A stretch of DNA of 64,000 nt from Mustelus asterias. Its lineage: Eukaryota. Positions 11,351 to 23,545 of the stretch are shown here, piece after piece; within the stretch, counting starts at the first letter, position 1; every line of letters starts with the position of its first letter. The position numbers were made by a program, and so were the translations under genes. Below the pieces are notes generated by a model. It ran no database searches and was not told where the DNA came from. It saw nothing but the letters and a program-made list of their open reading frames with translations. The DNA lies in assembly GCF_964213995.1 (NCBI RefSeq), contig NC_135808.1:50406001-50470000 (forward strand), written 5' to 3'.

Positions 11351-13252
11351 ATGGTCTTCCTGAAGCGTTGCTATCAGACAGCGGAGCAGCATTCACGCTG
11401 ATGAATTTCAGACTTTGGTCAAGTTTAATGACATTTGTCCTGTCAGGTCAGCCCCCGACCATCCTGCCTCGAATGGGTTGGCGGAGCGAGCCATGCTGAC
11501 GTTCACCGCTTCATGTGAAGCAGGTTCAAATGGCCGTTCCATTGTGATTGGGCAGTTATTTGCTGTCATACAACACTACACCTCACGCCATCACTGGGGT
11601 CATGCCGAGGTCACACCTGCAGAGTTGTTAATGGGTCGGTGCCTGTGTACCTGTTTAGATTTAGTGTCTCCAAATTTGTCGGGGGGTGGGGGTGGAGGCT
11701 CGGCAAGCCTCTCAGAAAGAATATTGTGACTCTCAGAAAGGGGACGGATTGTTTAATGATGGCGACCTTGTGTTGAGAGGGAATTTGGGTGGCGGACCCA
11801 CCTGGGTACCAGGGAGAGTTGTGGAGAAGACAGGACCAGTCTCATATTTGGGGGAGACACCGGGCCGAAGAGTTAAGGAGCATGTTGGCTACCTACGCAA
11901 GAGTTTAGAGCCAGTTCCAGGAGCTGAGCAAGTGGGCCCTGTATCCAGTTTGTGTGTAGCAGCCTCTGAACAAGACAGCTCCATGTCCATGGTGAGGCCA
12001 AGGCAGCCTCTGGCTTGGGTGGGTGAGTCAGAGGAAGGGGCCGTCCAGGGCCTAGCTCCAGAGGTGGTTAGCACATCCACCCCATCAGTGGATCCCGTGT
12101 CGATGGCTGCTGAAGAGCCCCTGACAGAGTTGCAGCGTTCCGCAAGGTTCTGGAAATCTCTGGACCAGCTGACATTATGAACTGTCTTTCCCTGGTGTCC
12201 CTTCTGTAATATTGTTGTTTCTCTGCCTATGTGTTAACTGTTTTACTTGGTGTTTTATCATAGGGAGTCCAAGATGTTACTGGGGAAGGAGTGTGTGAGC
12301 CTGGCCCCTTTAAGGGGCAATCCTTCACGGGCCACATGACCAGGCTGGAGCCAATGGAGTGTGAGGATGTGATATTGGGCCAATCGGGAGTGAGGGTGAT
12401 CATTCCTGGGGCTGGAGGCTTCAGTTGGAGTCAGGATGTTGTTGGGAGTAGACCTGTATCGTTGTGCTGTTAAACCCTTCATTGTAAATAGTTCTCATCA
12501 ATAAAGCCTTTAGTTAGTTATTTCCAAATCGAGTCTCCTCCAGTTATTACAATGAGCATCTGCACCACTTTGGATCACAACAGCTCTCTGATAACAGCAA
12601 ATACACAGACTAACTATTAAACTGTAACAGTTTCACCAGCTGCTGTCACCCTCCCTACTTCCCTCCATTTATTCTGCATTCTCACCATCTCCCCTCGATT
12701 TCTCACTGAATCCTCCGGTTTCCTAGTCTTTCCTGTGGCCAGGTTCACCTGCCCCCTTCCCCTTGGGATTGTTCGATTGCTTTGTTCCATCAACTTTCTG
12801 GTTGTGGTCAGGGTTCTCTCCACCGCTCCCCGAGACATTCGGTCTGGGGCAGCGTCGATGTTTAACATCCTGTCCCACCTTGGACTGAATACATAACCAG
12901 TGAGGGTCCGACCCACACGATGAGAGTTTGTCACCGTAAAGGAGTCAGGGATCTGTAGCAGAAAGTGTGATTAATGTCAGTCTCTAATCCTGCGGATAGG
13001 AATCTCATCCTGTCCATGGAAGCCTTTCACTGAAAGGTTAAATCTCTGTTAACTGATCCTGTACTGACTAAACTGTCAATTCTCTGTCACTGCTAATTTG
13101 TGTTGGATTGTTTTTAATTTTTCAATCAATTGTATTTTGTCATTTCTGTTGCTGTGGCGATAGCCTCTTGGTCAGGTTGTTGTTGTAAATGAGAATTGGT
13201 TCTCAACTGACTCACCTGGTTAAATAAAGATTCAGTAAAATAAATGTCTGAG

Positions 13253-13456
13253 ATAAAAGCAAAATACTGCGTCTGCTGAAATCTGAAACAAATCCCGGAC
13301 GTTCCGGTTCCCGCTGAACCATTACCTTATCCCTCACTCTGGCATCTCCTGGGTAGTCACTCCCCCTCAAGACTCTAGACTTGAAACGTTGGCTCTACAC
13401 TCTCTCCACAGATGCTGTCAGACCTGCTGAGATTTTCCAGCATTTTCTGTGTTTGT
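13253..13456. mobile_element. Probable Penelope-like terminal fragments
   Basis: GAAACGTTGGCTCT..CTCTCCACAGATGCTGTCAGACCTGCTGAGATTTTCCAGCATTTTCTG and AAAAGCAAAATACTGCG resemble, from recall, shark Penelope terminal repeats. Confidence 0.5.
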
Positions 13457-13473
13457 GTGTGAACTTAATGACT

Positions 13474-13800
13474 CGGGAGACACAATGGCTCAGGGGTTAG
13501 CACTGCTGCCTCACAGCGCCAGGGACCTGGGTTCAATTCCGGCCTGGTGTGACTGTGTGGAGTTTGCACATTCTCCCGGTGTCTGTGTGGGTTTCCTCCG
13601 GGTGCTCCAGTTTCCTCCAACACTCCAAAGGTTAGATTGATTGGCCAAGCTAAATTGACCATGAGTGTCCCAAGATGTGTCGGTTAGAGGGATTAGCAGG
13701 GTGAATAAATGGGGTTGCGGGGATAGGGGCTGGAGAGGATTGTTGTCGGTGCAGATTAGCTGGGTCGATTGGCCTCCTTCTGCACTGTCGGGGTTCTATG
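13474..13800 (+). mobile_element. HE1-like tRNA-derived SINE with CR1-type 3' tail
   Basis: GGTTAGCACTGCTGCCTCACAGCGCCAGGGACCTGGGTTCAATTCC (pol III box B-like), ending GGCCTCCTTCTGCACTGT..GGTTCTATG. Confidence 0.88.
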
Positions 13801-15537
13801 AGGTAGAAAGCAATCCCCTGTGAGAATGCAGCAGTGTGTAGGGGAGGTTTGGACTGTCTTGAAAGTCTTCAAGAAGTTTCTATCCCTCTGCCCCTGATAT
13901 GTTCCGTCATTATCTTCCTGTGATAAACTGATCAGAAATGTGATTGTGTTTCTCCCAGCTCCTGTCACGGGCTGTGTAACTACTAATTCCTGTCAGTTTT
14001 CCTGTACATTGATAATATGGAATTTCTCCACAGTCTGATGTGTGTGTGGAGGCACCGTACTAAATCTTATATCTTCAATATCTGTCCTAACATTATCTAT
14101 CAATTCCTGAGACAACATGTCCCATCCCCTCCCTTCAGACTGTGAGTCAGTCATATTAATGAGTTGGAAGCCCTCTGGTCTACTGTCCCCCTGAAGTTGT
14201 ATGTCTGTCATTGGATTCACTTCCTGCTCTGTCACTCACACTCCTCCTGACTCTTTTCTTACCCAGGGGGCACAAGTTTGGTCACTTTTCTGTAGCCCCA
14301 TCAGCCAATAAGGTCAGAACGAGGCTGGTCAAATTGTCGCTCACCTCCAGGCTCCCGATTGGAACATCCTGGTACTTGCCATCATTGGAGGGTAAATCCC
14401 GGGCATTCCGGTGCCCCCTTAACCATGACCTTATCCCTCACTCTGGCATGTCCTGGGGGAGTCGCTCCCCCTCATTTCATTCTGCTCCTCCTGCTGCTGT
14501 GTGAGCTCAGACCTCAATTCCTGAAGCTGTCTACACAACTCTACAATGTAGCTTCTTCTCCTCTCTTTCAATGGCCCAGTATCTTCACTTCCAGTGAGGC
14601 TCCCAGCTCTGCCTGTCATCATGGTGTTAATCCTGTGTTCCTACTTTGTGTAGCTGATTAATACACTCACTAATACACCCACCCACCCTTTGTCCAGCTC
14701 TCCCTTTACCTGAACCCAACTTGTGGTCAGTTGTTGGGAAAAATTATTTTTCCAGACCCTTCAATTGTCTCAAACACAGATTCCTTCTCATTTCTTGTTT
14801 TTTATTCCTTCTGGCCACGATTCTCCTCAAGTCAGTTTCTCTATTGCCTCGATCGTTTAAAAAACTGTTTTCTTACTCTTTAGGCCATATTAACCATTTC
14901 ATGTCAAAGGCGGTGTGGGGGGTGGGGAGGTCTCTCACTCTGGATCTTTGCTTATCTCCCCCTGTCTGGTTCCAATGTCACAGCTGATGGCCAGATTATT
15001 AAATTCAGGTCTCTTCAGTAGTTTGTATGTTGTGTCCTTTTTCCCGCACTCCATCTCTGACCCTGAATCATTTGCTCAGAACCTTTCACACAGACAATAG
15101 TTCGCAACTTATCTGGTTCAGTTTGTCTGGAGGGACTTTCCAGTCCAATAAAGTGCTTTCATGTAAGGAGCGGTGAGAGTTCCTTTCAGAGTCTCACTGA
15201 GGTTCAGAACCGGACTCTGGACGGAACAGGAATGAGCGACTGGGACAAGTTTTGTGTTAAAACAACCATTTTATTGAATAATGATAAAAAGAATATATAA
15301 GAAAGATAATGTGTATGGAAAGGAAGAAAGATAACTTTATTGAAAGGAGAAAGCACTCTGTATATATCTGAAGAATAGAAGACAGTCGGATGTTTGTTTA
15401 AACACAAACGATAGCCCCAATTTGCGCTGTTCCATGACAGCTCCCCAGAATTGGTACACGTTCCCCTCCCCTGGGTACACACATGCCCAAGTTGCTGAGT
15501 AACCTCAATGGGTGAACACTACAGTCAGTCACTTAAG

Positions 15538-15850
15538 GGGCGATACGGTGGCACAGTGATTAGCACTGATGCCTCACAGGGCCAGGGAACCGGGTTCGAT
15601 TCTCATCTTGGGTCACAGTCTGTGCAGAGTCTGCATGTTCTCCCCGTGTCTGTGTGGGTTTCCTCCGGGTGCTCCGGTTTCCTCCCACTGTCTGCAAGAT
15701 GTGCTGGTTAGGAGTTTTGGCCATGCCAAATTCTCCCTCAGTGTACCCGAACAGGCGTCAGAGTGTGGCGACGAGGTGATTTTCACAGTAACTTCATTGC
15801 AGCGTTAATGTAAGACTAATTGTTGCATTAAGAAATAAAATTTTGTTTAA
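15538..15850 (+). mobile_element. tRNA-derived SINE
   Basis: Same head, central domain and 3' part as the SINE at 2714-3025. Confidence 0.85.
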
Positions 15851-16213
15851 ACATTTCTGTTTCTAACCCTTCCTCCTGTTGTCCCTGGGTGACTATTCCA
15901 CCTTGGCTGCAGCACTCAGTCTCTGAAACAATGTCTCTTTAACCTGGATTTCTGGCTCCATTCCAGTCTTGTGAAGACTGTGACACTGTCTGTCCCAAAA
16001 CAAATCTCAGTTCTTCCCACAGGGACCTCAATGTGAAGCAGACTTTGTAATATTCAGCTTGTTGACGGAGCTCTTGATGATGTCTTCACATCTGTCATCA
16101 ATCAGCTGTTATGTCCATCAATTAAACGTCATCTTCTGATGCTTCAGGTGAGCACTCCAGATAAGATTCCTCAGCGACTTGGTCTGTAGACCAAGGCTCA
16201 CAGAATGTGGTAG

Positions 16214-16413
16214 GCACGGTAAGTAGTCTCACAACACCAGGTTAAAGTCCAACAGGTTTATTTGATAGCACGAGCTTTCGGAGCGCCGCTCTTTCATCAG
16301 GTGATGAAGGAGCAGCGCTCCGAAAGCTCGTGCTACCAAATAAACCTGGTGGGATTTAACCTGGTGTTGTGAGACGACTTACTGTGCCTACCCCAGTCCA
16401 ACACCGGCAACAC
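16214..16413. mobile_element. Palindromic Penelope-type insertion (inverted terminal-repeat pair)
   Basis: 16209-16392 is a near-perfect palindrome. The insert is flanked by a 15-bp direct repeat CACAGAATGYGGTAG (16199-16213 / 16414-16428). Confidence 0.8.
16269..16303 (-). ncRNA. Minimal hammerhead ribozyme-like motif
   Basis: Minus strand reads CAC-CTGATGA-AAGAGCGGCGCTCC-GAAA-GCTC-GTG: both conserved core boxes, stem II GAGC/GCTC, stem I CAC/GTG and almost no stem III. Confidence 0.6.
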
Positions 16414-16784
16414 CACAGAATGCGGTAGAACAGTACCTGTAATAAACAAGAAACAACTTATTTTAATATTCTAGCTTGAGAAAGTGGAGAAACAAAAGAT
16501 TGAGTCTGAACAACAGCTGTGTGGCCAGTCCAGAGAGAAAACACGATCTGGAAAAACAGCTCACCCCTGATTCTTCTTCTGAATGAATCAGAGCACAATC
16601 ACAGCTGGGTTAAGATCAGTGTGGATCAGGTGAGAAAATACAAAATGAGTTCAAATATTAAAAATCAGAGCAGGGCAGAAATAAAATGTAAAATACAAAA
16701 TTATAAAAGTTAGTGGCAGCAGCAGGCCTCAGGCCTACACTCAGAATATTTTAAAAATAGAAATCAGGCCGATTTGACTTTTTT

Positions 16785-17752
16785 TCATTCATTCATGGGA
16801 CATGGCATTGCTGGCTGGCCAGCAGTTATTGCCCATCCCTACTTGCCCTTGAGAAGGTGGTGCTGAGCTGCCTTCTTGAATCACTGCAGCCCACGGGCTG
16901 TGGGTTGACCCACAATGCCACTAGGGAGGGAATTCCAGGATTTGAACCCAGCAACTGTGAAGGAACGGCGATATATTTCCAAGTCAGGAAAGTGAGTGGC
17001 TTGGAGATGAACTTGCAGGTAGTGGTATTCCCATGTATCTGCTGCCCTTGTCCTTCTAGATGGAAGTGGTCGCGGGTTTGGAAGGTGCTGTCTAAGGATT
17101 TTTGGTGAATTGCTGCAGTGCATCTTGTAGATAGTACACACTGCTGCGACTGAGCGTCGGTGCTGAAGGGATTGAATGTTTGTAGATGTGGTGCCAATCA
17201 AGTGGGCTGCTTTGTCCGGGATTGTCAAGCTTTTTGATTGTTGTTGGAGCTGCACCCATCCAGGCAAGTGGGGAGTATTCCATCACACTCCTGACTTGTA
17301 GATGGTGAATAGGCTTTGGGGAGTCAGGAGATGAGTTACTCACCGCAGTATTCCTTGCCTCTGACCTGCTCTTGTAGCCACTGTGTTTATGTGGTGAGTT
17401 CAATTGAGTTTCTGGTCAATGGTGACCCCAAGGATGTTGACAGTGGGGGATTCAGTGATGGTAACACCATTGAATGTCAAAGGGCATTAGAGTGTCTCTT
17501 ATTGGTGATGGTCATTGCCTGGCATTTGTGTAGCGTGAATGTTACTTGCCACTTGTCAGCCCAAGCCTGGATATTGTCCAGGTCTTACTGCATTTGAACA
17601 TGGACTGCTTCAGTATCTGAGGAGTCATGAATGGTGCTGAACATTGTGCAGTCATCAGCAAACATCCCCACTTCTGACCTTATGATGGAGGGAAGTTCAT
17701 TGATGAAGGAGCTGAAGATTGTTGGGCCGAGGACACGACTCTGAGGAAGTCC
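16785..17752 (-). mobile_element. LINE 3' portion, same family as 1740-4560
   Basis: VLGPTIFSSFINELPSII..VGMFADDCT, QVRSVMEYSPLAW, SLQHRRSVAAVCTIYKMH. Confidence 0.85.
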
Positions 17753-18979
17753 AGACATTAACATGTTTTGTGTCTTTATCATCTTCCCCTCTGTTAAGAA
17801 TTGGGGAAAATGAAAATAAACAAATGACATTGGGATAAAACAGGGAGATGTCTGAAGAGATGTGAATTGGCATCTCAGTGAGAAAAGCAAGTGTTTACTG
17901 AGGTAACTGAGGAAAGCAATGGGGTTTAGAAAAGATAACTTCAAAGTGGAGGGATAAGGAAATCGACACGTAAATGCCCAAAGCCGATTCCACAGGGTGG
18001 GTAACATCAAAGGGAAAGAATGATATATCCATAGCACAGTGACTGGGGGAAAGGGGAGACAGACACAGACACAGCTAACATCAGCACACACTCAGCTGCA
18101 GAAACAGTCTCCTGAAAATAAGCAGCAGGTTTCACCTTCACTGAAACTGAAGACAGTTTTCCCGAACGCTGACACATAACCCGTGTGTGGTAATTATTCA
18201 CTGGATTTAGCTCACAGAGTTACATAATATTGGATGTTGTTTTGGAACAAAGGGACATCTCAGTGTTCAGGAAACGTAGGTGATTGAGAACAAAGGGGTA
18301 GCTTCATGTAATAGTGTGTGTGTCTAGCCCTCAGTGCAGTTAAATATATTGTCGTGTATTCTCGAGCTTGTGTGTTTTTTTTCTTTTACCTGGATGAATA
18401 TTCTGTATTAATTGTTCACACAAAGACTGGACTATTTCTCCCTGGTTCACACACTTTTCCTCACAGGATACCAGAGTGAAAATCGACACCACTAAGAACC
18501 AATGTTCCATGTTCCCATTCTGAGCTTTGAGATCCTCTCACATTTAACATCAGCGCGGTTCTTAACACCTCAAACAACATTCTCTTCTCTGGAAACTAAC
18601 TCTGGAGATTGTTGCTGGTGATTTTTACATTTTAAAATGATTCCAGATCCGAATAGTTTTGTTGTTGAGCTGCCTGCTTTAACTCTGATACAAGTTACAT
18701 TTCTGACAAACTTCAAGCTTTCGGGTTTATATTTTGGGAAGAGACAAACACATTTTAAACTCTTCCTTCAGCACAGAAGCTTTCAGCATTTGGATTTGTG
18801 TCAATTGTTGTCAAACCTTTTAAAATAAACATTTCCTGTTGAGAACTTGATCAGGACCCAAAGCTCAAATCTTTAAACTTTGTAAGAATTATAATTTCCA
18901 CTTTCAAAACTGAAACTCCCTTTTCCTGATGTGTGTGGCTTTGTATCCAGATTGAAAATCCCACATGTTTATCAACACA

Positions 18980-19320
18980 TGTTGGTGGTGTTGTGGATAG
19001 TTTGGAGGGATGTCAGAAGCTGCAGCGTGACATAGATAGGATGCAAGACTGGGCGGAGAAGTGGCAGATGGACTTCAACCCGGATAAATGTGTAGTGGTC
19101 CATTTTGGCAGGTCAAATGGGATGAAGGAGTATAATATCAAGGGTAAGACTCTTAGCAGTGTAGAGGATCAGAAGGACCTTGGGGTCCGGGTCCATAGGA
19201 CTCTTAAATCGGCCTCGCAGGTAGAGGAGGTGGTTAAGAAGGCATATGGTGTGCTGACCTTCATCAATCGAGGGACTGAGTTTAGGAGTCCGGGGATAAT
19301 GATGCAGCTATATAAGACCC
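18980..19320 (+). mobile_element. CR1 RT fragment
   Basis: VGGVVDSLEGCQKLQRDIDRMQDWAEKWQMDFNPDKC. Confidence 0.88.
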
Positions 19321-19914
19321 TTGATCAGTGAGTCCATATCAGATCCCCTGTCCCCAAGCAAAAGATACCATTGGCCCTGAAGGGGTTAAATCATTTTCTT
19401 TCAACATAAAGTAAAGGTTCTAAACCAATGTGCAAACTCCACACAGACAGTGACCCAAACCGGGAATCAAACCCAGGTCCCACGGTGCCACCTGGTTCTA
19501 AACCATGACCATGCTGTGGGAATAAAAATCTTCAGATCAATTCTCAGAGTCTTAACGTTGCTGGCAATCTTGTTCCATTTGTGGTTCTCTGGAAATAAAG
19601 ACACAAGGTCCATTCTGCTCAGGGGAATGGATTCAGCAATCTGAAAGTTCAAGCTGTTGTTGCAAAGAGTTCACTCTGTGTTCGTCTGCAAGAGGTTGCT
19701 GCAAAGCTGCTTCATTTTCAACACAGGGAAAAGCTGGTGTATCTTTAGAGAACAATCAAACTCTGCTTTCTGGACAGAAATCTCAACTCAAACCTTTTCA
19801 CTTCAAACTTTGCTTTGTGTCATTATATTGTCCTTGAATCCAACTCATTATCCACATTGTGAAGCTTCAAATTGCTGAAACTTCACACACAAATGAGAAA
19901 TTAGGGAAGGAAAC

Positions 19915-22900
19915 ACATGGTCTCCACCTGGACCGAGCTGGGTTCAGTGTTCTGGCGAAGAGAGTAAATGGGGTGGTCAATAGGACTTTAAACTAGAGAT
20001 TGGGGGGGAAGGGAAAGTCAGGGAACCAAGAGGTGAAGGAATCAGTGGGAAGCGTAGCTGCTTAGGATTACAAAAAATCACGAAAAGACAGCGCTCAGGA
20101 GAGGTTACGATAGTCCCCATCTCACAAAATATGACACAGTGTCTGGAAAGGCTCAGTAAACCAAGGTCCACCACACTACGAAAACAAAAAGGGACGGTCA
20201 ATAGGGAATTAAAGGTGCTATATTTAAATGCCCGCAGTGTCCGGAACAAGGTAGATGAGCTTGTGGCCCAGATTGTGACTGGCAGGTATGATGTGGTAGG
20301 CATCACAGAGACGTGGTTGCAGGGGGTTCAGGACTGGCAGTTAAACATCCAGGGATTCACAACCTATCGAAAAGACAGAGAGGTGGGTAGAGGGGGCGGG
20401 GTTGCCTTGTTAATTAGAAATGAAATTAAATCAATAGCACTAAACGACATAGGGTCAGACGATGTGGAGTCTGTGTGGGTAGAGTTGAGGAACCACAAAG
20501 GCAAAAAAACCATAATGGGAGTTATGTACAGGCCTCCTGACAGTGGTCAGGACCAGGGGCACAAAATGCACCACGAAATAGAAAGGGCATGTCAGAAAGG
20601 CAAGGTCACAGTGATCATGGGGGATTTCAATATGCAGGTGGACTGGGTAAATAATGTTGCCAGTGGACCCAAAGAAAGGGAATTCATTGAATGTTTACAG
20701 GATGGCTTTTTGGAACAGCTTGTGATGGAGCCCACGAGGGAACAGGCTATTCTGGACTTAGTGTTATGTCATGAGCCAGACGTGATAAAAGATCTTAAAG
20801 TAAGGGAACACTTAGGAAGCAGTGATCATAATATGGTAGAATTCAGTCTGCAATTTGAAAGAAGGAAGGCAGAATCAGATGTGAAGGTTCTACAGTTAAA
20901 TAAAGGTAATTACAGGCGCATGAGGGAGGAACTGACAAAAATCGACTGGAAGCAGAGCCTAGTGGGAAAGACAGTAGAACAGCAATGGCAGGAGTTTCTG
21001 GGAGTAATTGAGGACACAGTGCAGAGGTTCATCCCAAACAAAAGAAAGGTTATCAGAGGGGGGATTAGGCAGCCATGGCTGACAAAGGAAGTCAGGGAAT
21101 GCATCAAGGCAAAAGAGAGAGCCTATAATGTGGCAAAGAGTAGTGGGAAGTCAGAAGATTGGGAAGGCTATAAAAACAAACAGAGGATAACAAAGAGAGA
21201 AATAAGGAAGGAGAGGATCAAATATGAAGGTAGGCTAGCCAGTAACATTAGGAATGATAGTAAAAGTTTCTTTAAATACATTAAAAACAAACGGGAGGCA
21301 AAAGTAGACATTGGGCCGCTCCAAAATGACGCTGGTAATCTCGTGATGGGAGACAAGGAAATAGCTGAGGAACTTAATAAGTACTTTGCGTCAGTCTTCA
21401 CAGTAGAAGACATGAGTAATATCCCAACAATTCAGGAAAGTCAGGGGGCAGAGTTGAATATGGTTGCCATCACAAAGGAGAAAGTGCTAGAGAAACTAAA
21501 AGGTCTGAAAATTGATAAATCTCCGGGCCCAGATGGGCTACATCCTAGAGTTCTAAAGGAGATAGCTGAAGAAATAGTGGAGGCGTTAGTTATGATCTTT
21601 CAAAAGTCACTGGAGTCAGGGAAAGTCCCAGAGGATTGGAAAATCGCTGTTGTAACCCCACTGTTCAAGAAGGGAACAAGAAAAAAGATGGAAAATTATA
21701 GGCCAATTAGCCTAACTTCAGTTGTTGGCAAAATTCTAGAATCCATCGTTAAGGATGAGATTTCTAAATTCTTGGAAGTGCAGGGTCGGATTAGGACAAG
21801 TCAGCATGGATTTAGTAAGGGGAGGTCGTGCCTGACAAACCTGTTAGAGTTCTTTGAAGAGATAACAAATAGGTTAGACCAAGGAGAGCCAATGGATGTT
21901 ATCTATCTTGACTTCCAAAAGGCCTTTGACAAGGTGCCTCACGGGAGACTGCTGAGTAAAATAAGGGCCCATGGTATTCGAGGCAAGGTACTAACATGGA
22001 TTGATGATTGGCTGTCAGACAGAAGGCAGAGAGTTGGGATAAAAGGTTCTTTCTCAGAATGGCAACCGGTGACAAGTGGTGTCCCGCAGGGTTCAGTGTT
22101 GGGGCCACAGCTGTTCTCTTTATATATTAACGATCTAGATGACGGGACTGGGGGCATTCTGGCCAAGTTTGCCGATGATACAAAGATAGGTGGAGGGGCA
22201 GGTAGTATTGAGGAGGTGGGGAGGCTGCAGAAAGATTTAGACAGTTTAGGAGAGTGGTCCAAGAAGTGGCTGATGAAATTCAACGTGGGCAAGTGCGAGG
22301 TCGTGCACTTTGGAAAAAAGAATAGAGGCATGGACTATTTTCTAAAGGGTGACAAAATTCATAATGCTAAAGTGCAAAGGGACTTGGGAGTCCTAGTCCA
22401 GGATTCTCTAAAGGTAAACTTGCAGGTTGAGTCCGTAATTAAGAAAGCAAATGTAATGTTGTCATTTATCTCAAGAGGCTTGGAATACAAAAGCAGGGAT
22501 GTACTTCTGAGGCTTTATAAAGCACTGGTTAGGCCCCATTTGGAGTACTGTGAGCAATTTTGGGCCCCACACCTCAGGAAGGACATACTGGCACTGGAGC
22601 GGGTCCAGCGGAGATTCGCACGGATGATCCCAGGAATGGTAGGCCTGACATACGATGAACGTCTGAGGATCGTGGGATTATATTCATTGGAGTTTAGGAG
22701 GTTGAGGGGAGATCTGATAGAAACTTACAAGATAATGAACGGCTTAGATAGGATGGACGTAGGGAAGTTGTTTCCATTAGCAGGGGAGACTAGGACGCGG
22801 GGGCACAGCCTTAGAATAAAAGGGAGTCACTTTAGAACAGAGATGAGGAGAAATTTCTTCAGCCAGAGAGTGGTAGGTCTGTGGAATTCATTGCCACAGA

Positions 22901-23097
22901 GGGCTGTGGAGGCCGAGACGTTGAGCGTCTTCAAGACAGAAATTGATAAATTCTTGATTTCTCGAGGAATTAAGGGCTATGGGGAGAGAGCGGGTAAATG
23001 GAGTTGAAATCAACCATGATTGAATGGTGGAGTGGACTCGATGGGCCGAATGGCCTTACTTCCGCTCCTATGTCTTATGGTCTTATGGTCTTATGGA
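19915..23097 (+). mobile_element. Young CR1 LINE, 5'-truncated within ORF1, with intact ORF2 and (TCTTATGG)n tail
   Basis: ORF1 C-terminus HGLHLDRAGFSVLAKRVNGVVNRTLN*, uninterrupted ORF2, and tail TCTTATGGTCTTATGGTCTTATGG. Confidence 0.93.
20131..23007 (+). CDS. CR1 LINE ORF2 (APE endonuclease plus reverse transcriptase), 958 aa
   Basis: YLNARS, GITETW, MGDFN, SDH endonuclease motifs; YRPISLTS, LDFQKAFD, GVPQGSVLGP, KFADD RT motifs. No stops or frameshifts. Confidence 0.95.
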   Translation: MTQCLERLSKPRSTTLRKQKGTVNRELKVLYLNARSVRNKVDELVAQIVTGRYDVVGITETWLQGVQDWQLNIQGFTTYRKDREVGRGGGVALLIRNEIKSIALNDIGSDDVESVWVELRNHKGKKTIMGVMYRPPDSGQDQGHKMHHEIERACQKGKVTVIMGDFNMQVDWVNNVASGPKEREFIECLQDGFLEQLVMEPTREQAILDLVLCHEPDVIKDLKVREHLGSSDHNMVEFSLQFERRKAESDVKVLQLNKGNYRRMREELTKIDWKQSLVGKTVEQQWQEFLGVIEDTVQRFIPNKRKVIRGGIRQPWLTKEVRECIKAKERAYNVAKSSGKSEDWEGYKNKQRITKREIRKERIKYEGRLASNIRNDSKSFFKYIKNKREAKVDIGPLQNDAGNLVMGDKEIAEELNKYFASVFTVEDMSNIPTIQESQGAELNMVAITKEKVLEKLKGLKIDKSPGPDGLHPRVLKEIAEEIVEALVMIFQKSLESGKVPEDWKIAVVTPLFKKGTRKKMENYRPISLTSVVGKILESIVKDEISKFLEVQGRIRTSQHGFSKGRSCLTNLLEFFEEITNRLDQGEPMDVIYLDFQKAFDKVPHGRLLSKIRAHGIRGKVLTWIDDWLSDRRQRVGIKGSFSEWQPVTSGVPQGSVLGPQLFSLYINDLDDGTGGILAKFADDTKIGGGAGSIEEVGRLQKDLDSLGEWSKKWLMKFNVGKCEVVHFGKKNRGMDYFLKGDKIHNAKVQRDLGVLVQDSLKVNLQVESVIKKANVMLSFISRGLEYKSRDVLLRLYKALVRPHLEYCEQFWAPHLRKDILALERVQRRFARMIPGMVGLTYDERLRIVGLYSLEFRRLRGDLIETYKIMNGLDRMDVGKLFPLAGETRTRGHSLRIKGSHFRTEMRRNFFSQRVVGLWNSLPQRAVEAETLSVFKTEIDKFLISRGIKGYGERAGKWS

Positions 23098-23545
23098 AAG
23101 CTCACACACACAAATTCTTCATTGTACACAAACACACACAAATAGAAAGATATGTATATTTCCATTCTGATAACAATTATATGAACAACATTAAACTTTC
23201 AGACTCAAAACAAAGCTACAAGTAGTAGTGGAGGGGGTGGGAGGAATCTTGGAGACTTCCACCGACAGGAACAATCTAAACAGCCGAAGCTCCCATTTCC
23301 TCAGTCCCTGCCTGTCACTGCTCAAGAACGCCCCGAGGGGAACCCTCTCGGTCTGTCACTCACTTGCCCTCTCTCATGCTCTCGCTCCCTCTCTCTCTCT
23401 CTCTGTGTCTCTCACGATCTCTCTCTCTCTCTCCTGGATGAAAGCTTTAGCGATTTGCAGCAAATGAATTCATTTTCACCTTTTTAATTGTTTGAAACAA
23501 TTCAGTGAGTGACATTTTGAGTCCCCAATCTAAATTTTTCCCTCT

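Larger units (their letters stand above)
6570..12551 (+). mobile_element. Ty3/Gypsy LTR retrotransposon relic (RNase H, integrase, 3' LTR) split by nested insertions
   Basis: LVHFDPSKP..TCDASPY (ends 6786) resumes as YGVGAVLSH...YSQIDKE (9420). Further motifs: LARSYVWWPGIDRDIE..CESC, HVDLAG, HPASNGLAER, GPTWVPGRV. Purine tract GGGGAAGGAG is followed by a TG...TTATTACA LTR at about 12292-12551. Confidence 0.85.

Noticed and set aside
13474-13545. tRNA-like sequences at SINE heads
   Set aside because: They continue into SINE bodies and do not form complete cloverleafs.
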